A stretch of 64,000 nt of DNA, taken from the human T2T-CHM13v2.0 reference genome, Homo sapiens. Of this stretch, positions 56,460-64,000 are shown in pieces (position 1 is the stretch's first letter; every line of letters begins with the position of its first letter). The stretch is taken from the NCBI RefSeq assembly GCF_009914755.1, contig NC_060928.1. The stretch is one strand, 5' to 3'. The notes beneath the pieces were generated by a model. That model saw only the letters and a list, made by a program, of their open reading frames with translations. It did no database searches and had not been told where the DNA came from. The position numbers and the translations under genes are program-made.

Positions 56460-57243
56460 GTAAACTGAAAAAAAAAAATCAAAACCAAATCTTATTTGTA
56501 CTACTGTGTTGTGCGGGTTTGTGTGTGTTTGCCTTGGCGTGGAGAGTGGGAAAATGCCTTTTAGCTTAGAGACAAGATTGTGATTTTGCTATTTATTTCT
56601 CAACAGTTGCCATTTATAGATGCCACCCAAGGCGTCATTCTAATATTTCACTCCAGAATACTTTTTGCACGTTTGCCAGGTTCCTCTTTTCCATTTTATA
56701 AGTGGGCATAAAAATGTTAACAAGTGCGTGATTCGATATGAGACGTGAATAGCTGTTTGGCAGACTTATTTACCAAGCACCTATTTAAACACTCCCCTCA
56801 TGGGAAAATAGTGTTTACTTGTTAGCTGTTTGAATTGATGTGGGGTTCTGCTTTGCACAAGGGCTAAAAAGCTCCCTTTATGGCTGAATGGTTAGTTCCT
56901 TTCAGAGGATCCAAGTTAGCCAGGAATGAGAGGTTTCTCATTTATTAACCAAAGCTCTTATAATCTGTGGCAACATTCTTTTTTATTTATTTATTTTTTA
57001 ACTAGGCCAGATGTCGGTCTTCCTGCTATGGGGTACAATTCCTGAGCCATTTAAAAGTCCCTTATGGCAGCCATGGCTTCCTGGCCATTTAATGCCAAGG
57101 TTCCGGCAGCCTGCTCACACCATCTCAAACTACACTGTAAATTGCACAGCTCAGTTCTGATGTCATTTTGTTTGTTTGGGGTGGAGGAAAGTGGAAGGAC
57201 ATTTAAAAATGAATCCTGTTTTTGTTCCTGTTTCTTTCCATAG

Positions 57244-57281
57244 GGTTAAAAGTGTGGTCTGATCCATTTGGCAGGAAATGA
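57244..57281 (+). CDS. SMIM20: SMIM20 last coding exon ([12 protein letters not shown]-stop)
   Basis: Acceptor tttgttcctgtttctttccatag|; TGA at 57279-57281; spliced CDS 109+57+38=204 nt = 67 aa + stop. Confidence 0.97.
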
Positions 57282-57910
57282 GAGGGCTGTCATCAGCTCT
57301 GATTAAGAAAGGAGATTTCTTCATGCTTTCGATTCTGCATGGGGTACAGCCAGTCACCTCACCAGAGAATGACGGCTGGAGAAGAAAACTCTGTAATACC
57401 ATAAATAAGAGTGCTTGTAATAAAAGACTGTGCACAAGGATTAATATTTCCCTTCTTAAGTATCAAAAGAACTCTGGAACAAATTATACCATTAGGAAGG
57501 TTTTCATGATTCAGTTGATTTTCCAAAAATGAAGCTATCTCACCCAGCTGGGTTTGGAGGAGCAATCTGCTTATTATTCTGTCGTTACCACTTACTCAAG
57601 CGAGCTGTGATATGAATACAAGCAACCAGTGGGCTCGGGAAGGTCCGGGTCTCTTCTGCCATCTTCCAGATAAGAGATTTCAGTAAAAAACTGCCATGCT
57701 GAGCTGCCTTATAGAGCTCTTCGAAAATGTTCGAGTTGATAAAGCTCTTTGAGGACAAGGTACTTCGTGCACCTCATGCTGAAGATTGCACCATGTTGGA
57801 AAATAAATATGAAGCAAGTCAAACTAGATGCATACACTTGTGTAGAAATCAATAATCAATTAATAGAAGTGAAAAAATAGACATTAAAATGATTTATTTC
57901 TACTTTGCAG
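57282..57910 (+). other. SMIM20: SMIM20 3' UTR (end approximate)
   Basis: Repeat-free sequence after the stop, with poly(A) hexamers and a GU/U-rich tract after ~57910. Confidence 0.75.
57419..57424 (+). terminator. Candidate proximal polyadenylation signal
   Basis: AATAAA about 140 nt after the stop codon. Confidence 0.35.
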
Positions 57911-57950
57911 TGGTGTCTTTTTGTAAATCATCTTTTGTAAAGCAATTAAA
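57802..57950 (+). terminator. Distal polyadenylation signal cluster
   Basis: AATAAA 57802-57807, ATTAAA 57883-57888 followed by tggtgtctttttgt, ATTAAA 57945-57950. Confidence 0.65.
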
Positions 57951-58134
57951 ATTATAGTGCCGAGAAGTACAATTTGACTACATTATATTTGACTAGGTAT
58001 CTGTGTGCGATTCATCTGTTTGTACTCAGGTAAACGTTTTAGAGGTAAATAACAAATTTGTTGAGACAAATATTGAATGGTGATTCTCTACCAGGTACCT
58101 CACTAGGTGCTGCAAAGATGAAAGTGAGAAGACT

Positions 58135-58469
58135 AGTTGAGTATCCCTTATCCAGAAAAGCTTGGGAACAGAAGTGTTTTGGACTTGAGATTTTTTTGGA
58201 TTTTGGAATATTTGCATATAAATGATGAGACATTTTGAGGATGGGACCCAAGTCTAAGCATGAAATTTATTTGTGTTTCATATACTTTATACACATAGCC
58301 TGAAGGCAATTTGATATAATGTTAAAATAATTTTGTACATGAAACAAACTTTTGACTAAAACCATCACATGAGGTCAGGTGTGGAATTTTCCACTTGTGT
58401 CATGTTGGTGCTCAAAAAGTTTCAGATTCTGGAGCATTTCAGATTCCAGATTAGGGATGCTCAACCTGT
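58135..58469. mobile_element. Tigger4b/MER46-type fossil, opposite orientation to 52918-53250
   Basis: gttgagtatcccttatc...gatgggacccaagtcta...ttagggatgctcaacctg. Confidence 0.85.
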
Positions 58470-59526
58470 CGTCTTTCCTTTCCTCCCTCCCTCCCTCTTT
58501 CTTTCCTTCCCTCCCTCCCTTTCCTTCCTTCTTCCTTTGCTCTGTCTAACCTCTTACTAGATGATACGCTTCTGAAGTGGCACACTTTTTTCATTTTTAT
58601 ATCGGAGTGTCTTGCACATTACTGTAAGCTGTCTATGAGCTGCCTGATGACATAATTTTATTATTGTGAACCTGGAGTTTTCTTAACAGACAGCTGGCCC
58701 AATTTTGTAATTACTGTCAAGAAGACTTAAGGTTGATAGTTCTAAAACCAAAGTCAACATTTTTGGTAGGCATTCCCATTCCCTAACATTTAATTGACTT
58801 ACAGTTCACAATCCAGTAAAAGAAGTTGACTCATTAGGGGTACATTTGACCACTTCTTTTTTTTTTTGGAAAGGGCACCAGGAAGTTATATAACTTAAAG
58901 TCAAACATTCTTTGGGAGCATGATTGAGATTTCTTTATGACCGAAGCGAGCATGTGGTACCATCTGCTTTGGAAGATGTCCAGGCTAAAATGACTGTGTC
59001 TGAGTTCTGTAGAGAAGAACTGTGGGGACTCGATTGACTGTCTTGGATGGAACAGACCCAGATTTATCTCCTGAGTGGAGTCTTTGTCCCGGGCCTGTTC
59101 CTGCCCTCAGCCCACCTCTTTACAGAGATAAAGGGGCTGTCTGTCCTGCTCAGTTGCCTTGACATTTATAAAAGGATCACTCTTCATGTTGCCAGAGATG
59201 TTAACTTCAGACTCTCTGCTGTCCACACGTGACAGAGGCCAAGTTGTAAGAGATGCTATTTATGAGGACTGACAGAGGGCCTTGCGATTTATCCATGAGT
59301 TTCCCAGGTGTGCCCCTAAGATGATGACAGAGCACTTGAAAGAGGGGGTCCTTAGTCAAATCCATTTAAGAAACAAAGTTGATTATGTTTATTTGCTTCT
59401 AATTTTTCTGATTTCCAAGAAAGGCATAACATTTCCCAAATGCATTTGATCACAGGACAGTTTTTATAGATTATCTCTTGGGAGTTGGGAACAAGCAGCA
59501 ACTTTTGGGGGAAATCTTCCTTTATG

Positions 59527-60005
59527 TCAGAGATTCTTAAACTTTTTAATCTCAGGACACCTTTACACTCTTAAAAATCAAGAAGTCCAAAGTGATTCTG
59601 TTTATGTGGGTTACATCTATAGATACTTACTGTATTAGAAATTAAAGCAAATTTGAAAAATGTTTATTAAGTCATTTCAAAATATTAATAACAAACATAT
59701 AGGTTAATATGACATTTTTGTGTGGAAAAATTTATTTTCCAAGATAAAAAATAACTTGCAAATCTCCTTAATGTCTGGCTTAACAGGAAATAGCTGGATT
59801 CTCACATCTGCTTCTGTATTCGATCTGTTGCTCTATCACACATCACATGGCCTCTGGAAAACTCCTCTGTACACATCCATAAAAGGAAGAGTGTAAAAAG
59901 GGCAAAAAAGCTTTAATCGTTTTCTAAAAATAGTTTTGACCATGCAGACCCCCTGGAAAGGTTTCAGAGACCCCTAGTGGTCCCTGGACTATACTTTGAA
60001 CCCAC
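59527..60005. mobile_element. Charlie-type hAT fossil (Charlie4/MER80-like)
   Basis: tctcaggacacctttacactcttaaaaat...ggtccctggactatactttgaa. Confidence 0.65.
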
Positions 60006-60365
60006 TTTTTTTCCCTCTTTAGTCACGACTTTTGAGAATTGTGTATCTGGATTGTGTTGATTCCTTTAAGGAGTTAGTTGTAATGAACTGTGCTTGAGCA
60101 TGTCCATATTCAGCGTGGTTAGAAGGGAAGGGGAGAAACTAACATTTGTTACTGCTATTACTGCAATGAAGTCGGGATCTTCGTTTTCAATGTCAAATAA
60201 CATCCCCTGTAGGAATACTTGAATTTACATTTTTTAAATCTCAGAACCAGAAATAGCAACATTGCTGAACAGTTGGTACTTTTATCTTGTGAACATTTAA
60301 TTGTGTACCTTCGTTCCCTCTTTGTACTGGCTGTCAGGAAGCTCAACCACACTTGTAGATTAGCT

Positions 60366-60684
60366 TTTATTTTTTATTTCTTTTTATTTGTATTTATTGA
60401 GACAGGGTCTTATTCTGTCACCAAGGTCAGAGTACAGTGGCTCAATCACGGCTCACTGAAGCCTAGACTTCCTGGGCCCAAGTGATCATCCCACCTCATT
60501 CTCCCAAGGAGCTGGGACTACAGGCTTGCACCACCACACATGGGTAATTTTTTTTTTTTAATTTTTTATAGAGACAGGGTTTCACCATGTTGACCAGGCT
60601 GACCTCAAACTTGGGTTCAAACCATCTGCCTGTTTTGGCCTCCCAAAGTGCTGGGATGACAGGTGTGAGCCACTGCACACGGCC
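60366..60684 (-). mobile_element. AluJ, antisense
   Basis: TSD tgtaga(tt/cc)agctt. Confidence 0.9.
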
Positions 60685-60984
60685 TGTAGACCAGCTTCTT
60701 AAAAAGTGTTGAAGACCTTGTGGAATGTATCTTGGCCATTACCTTATGTTCACTTCATCCCCCACACCCCACCTCCCGCCCTTATTTTCCTTCCTGCTTT
60801 TCACTTCAGTTTTCTATCTTATATTGCATGTTAGACCCCTTGTTTTAAAATGAGGCAGGGCATAAATAATATGTACTCACTAAATCACGCTCTGGTAAGG
60901 AAAATGAAGTAAGTTCACAAATATGTTTAACATAATGTAGAATACTAAAAGTGCCTTTAAAGAGGTCAGAGTATCAACTAACAT

Positions 60985-61810
<826 letters not shown>

Positions 61811-61843
61811 AGTTGGTTTTTTGTTTTTGTTTTTAAGTGCAGA

Positions 61844-62181
<338 letters not shown>

Positions 62182-64000
62182 TTAGAAGAAAAAGAGGTTG
62201 CATCTAATTGTAAAATCAGGGAACTTTCCGGAGAACCATGTTGTTTGGTGGCAGGAGGGATAGTAAGTAAGATCCTGTAGAGTTTTGGGGAAAATTAGGA
62301 ATACTGTATGTAGGGTGCCTATTATAGTATCTGGAACACGGCAGGGGCCAGATAAATGACAGCTGATCATAGATGGAGTAGCTGACACGAACAGAGCCAT
62401 AGGAAATGAGAGTCAGACATCCAGTGGGTGACAAAGGTGCAGAGTTTGAGAGCTGCTTTGGTTTGGATGCAGGTGTGGATGGGGAAATCACTATACCGTG
62501 GGCTTTACCTGTCCTGTGCACCACTGTATCCTGCCACCCGGTGCGGGCTTGGTGTAGAGTGGGCACTTGGTCAGTATTTGGAGGGATAGAATGATTAACT
62601 GATCAACTGAAAGAATGAGTGAATGGAGGAAGGGAATGTAGTTTAGGACTACGTGGCGGACTCCCTTAAATGTCAAGCTGATAATCCTTACTTAAGTTAG
62701 CAGACATGAAGCATTTTAAGTCGACGGTGTTCTGAAAACTTTAAAACAAAGCCAGCATGCTTTCCCCAGAGCAGTTCTAATGATAGTGGTAGCCGGAGCA
62801 GTTCAAGGCTGTTTGTTAACTGTCCACAAAGAGCTAAATAAAGAAATGAAGAATAAGCATTCAGAAATTTTGATTTCTGATCAGATTTTGATTCAGATTT
62901 TGAATCTGATAGAGCAAAACTCAGACTTGCATTTTGTATTTTTTGTATTGTCAAATTTCTAATAACGTTACTTTTTAGCATATTTTACAACGGTCAGCAT
63001 GGATTGGTAGCTAGAAACAAAGAAAACTGTGCTCAGCCCCAGGTAGTTTGAGAAGCACTAACCTCAAGGATGGATCCCAGATGGTGTTTCCAGGTCCACG
63101 CCAGTCCGAGGCTCACAAGTCCTGTGTGCTCAGCTGACTGAAAGAGTTCCCTGCCTCCTAGAGGCTCCTGTGTTCTGAAGCATCAGCAGAAGAAAACCCC
63201 TTGTTGCTTAGCCTTCGGTGGGACTTCATGGACATGCAGTTTCAGTCTTCGCGGCTTCACTCACACCTGCTGCGTGCAGTGAGGCCTTCTGCCATTCATT
63301 CTACCTGTTGGTAACAAAGCCTACAACTCATTGCGTCCCCTGTGCATGGGAAGACAAGCAGACCACCCAGGAGGCTGCAGTGCTGGTCCACGGACCGTGC
63401 CTGGCGGTGGCATTCACTCTCCAGGGAGCTCTCCTCCCTGGAGCCGAGATCTCAGCCAAGAGATGGCAGCCAGGTCATCCTTCCTGGGATCGCCAATTGA
63501 TGGTAGCAGCTGGGTGACCCTCACTCTTAAGTGCTTCGGCTCTGCTTAGTGATCTTCCTCCAGCTGTGATCACCTGAACACACTGAGAAGAAACAAGGAG
63601 TCACTGCTCCCCAGGAGACCTGAGGAAGCCAAATACAGAGACTCCAAAGTCTTCTCCTCTCCCTAAGAGTCTCTCTGTCACCACACGTGACTACAATAAG
63701 ATACCAAACAATGAGGTGAGTTTTCCAGACTCTTTTGGTTGCAAGTGACAGAAAACGCAACCCCAAAGGGTGCAAAAAAAGCGCATTTACTCATATGATT
63801 AAAAACTCCAGAGTCACGATCATTTTTTATTGTCACGATCAAACGTGAAATGAAAAAAGTAATTATATCCTTGTCAGTGGTCTTAAAATGTCCACATTTT
63901 TTCACTTCTGAGACTGTTTCATAAATTGATAATCTTGTTTTTTTTTTAAAAAAGCTTTGTGTACAAAGATGTTCATCACAGAATACTAACAACAATTTGG

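Noticed and set aside
57710-57752. Small hairpin (tcgaa-aatg-ttcga) in the 3' UTR considered as SECIS/IRE
   Set aside because: 5-bp stem, no SECIS quartet or IRE loop, and the stop context lacks a readthrough motif.

Overview
This is primate, almost certainly human, genomic DNA: it is Alu-rich and carries a human-specific AluYb8. It contains one complete protein-coding gene on the + strand that the ORF track misses because it is spliced: SMIM20 (C4orf52/MITRAC7). The gene has a CpG-island promoter at ~41.7-42.6 kb and three coding exons (42405-42513, 56403-56459, 57244-57281). These splice into a 67-aa single-pass membrane microprotein, [67 protein letters not shown]. Its C-terminus holds the amidated neuropeptide phoenixin (PNX-20/PNX-14 followed by a G-R-K amidation signal). 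From recall, the locus is human 4p15.2 near SEL1L3. The rest is intergenic or intronic DNA dense in Alu, MIR/L2, old L1, MaLR/ERVL solo LTRs and DNA-transposon fossils; repeat subfamily names are by-eye calls. Almost all listed ORFs are spurious. Notable extras: possible alternative SMIM20 proteoforms (an in-frame upstream ATG and CTG, a symmetric exon 2, an intron-2 read-through ending in a CaaX-like motif), a near-consensus AluYb8 in intron 1, and a 77-bp patchwork insertion in an MLT1A LTR that appears copied from two nearby loci.
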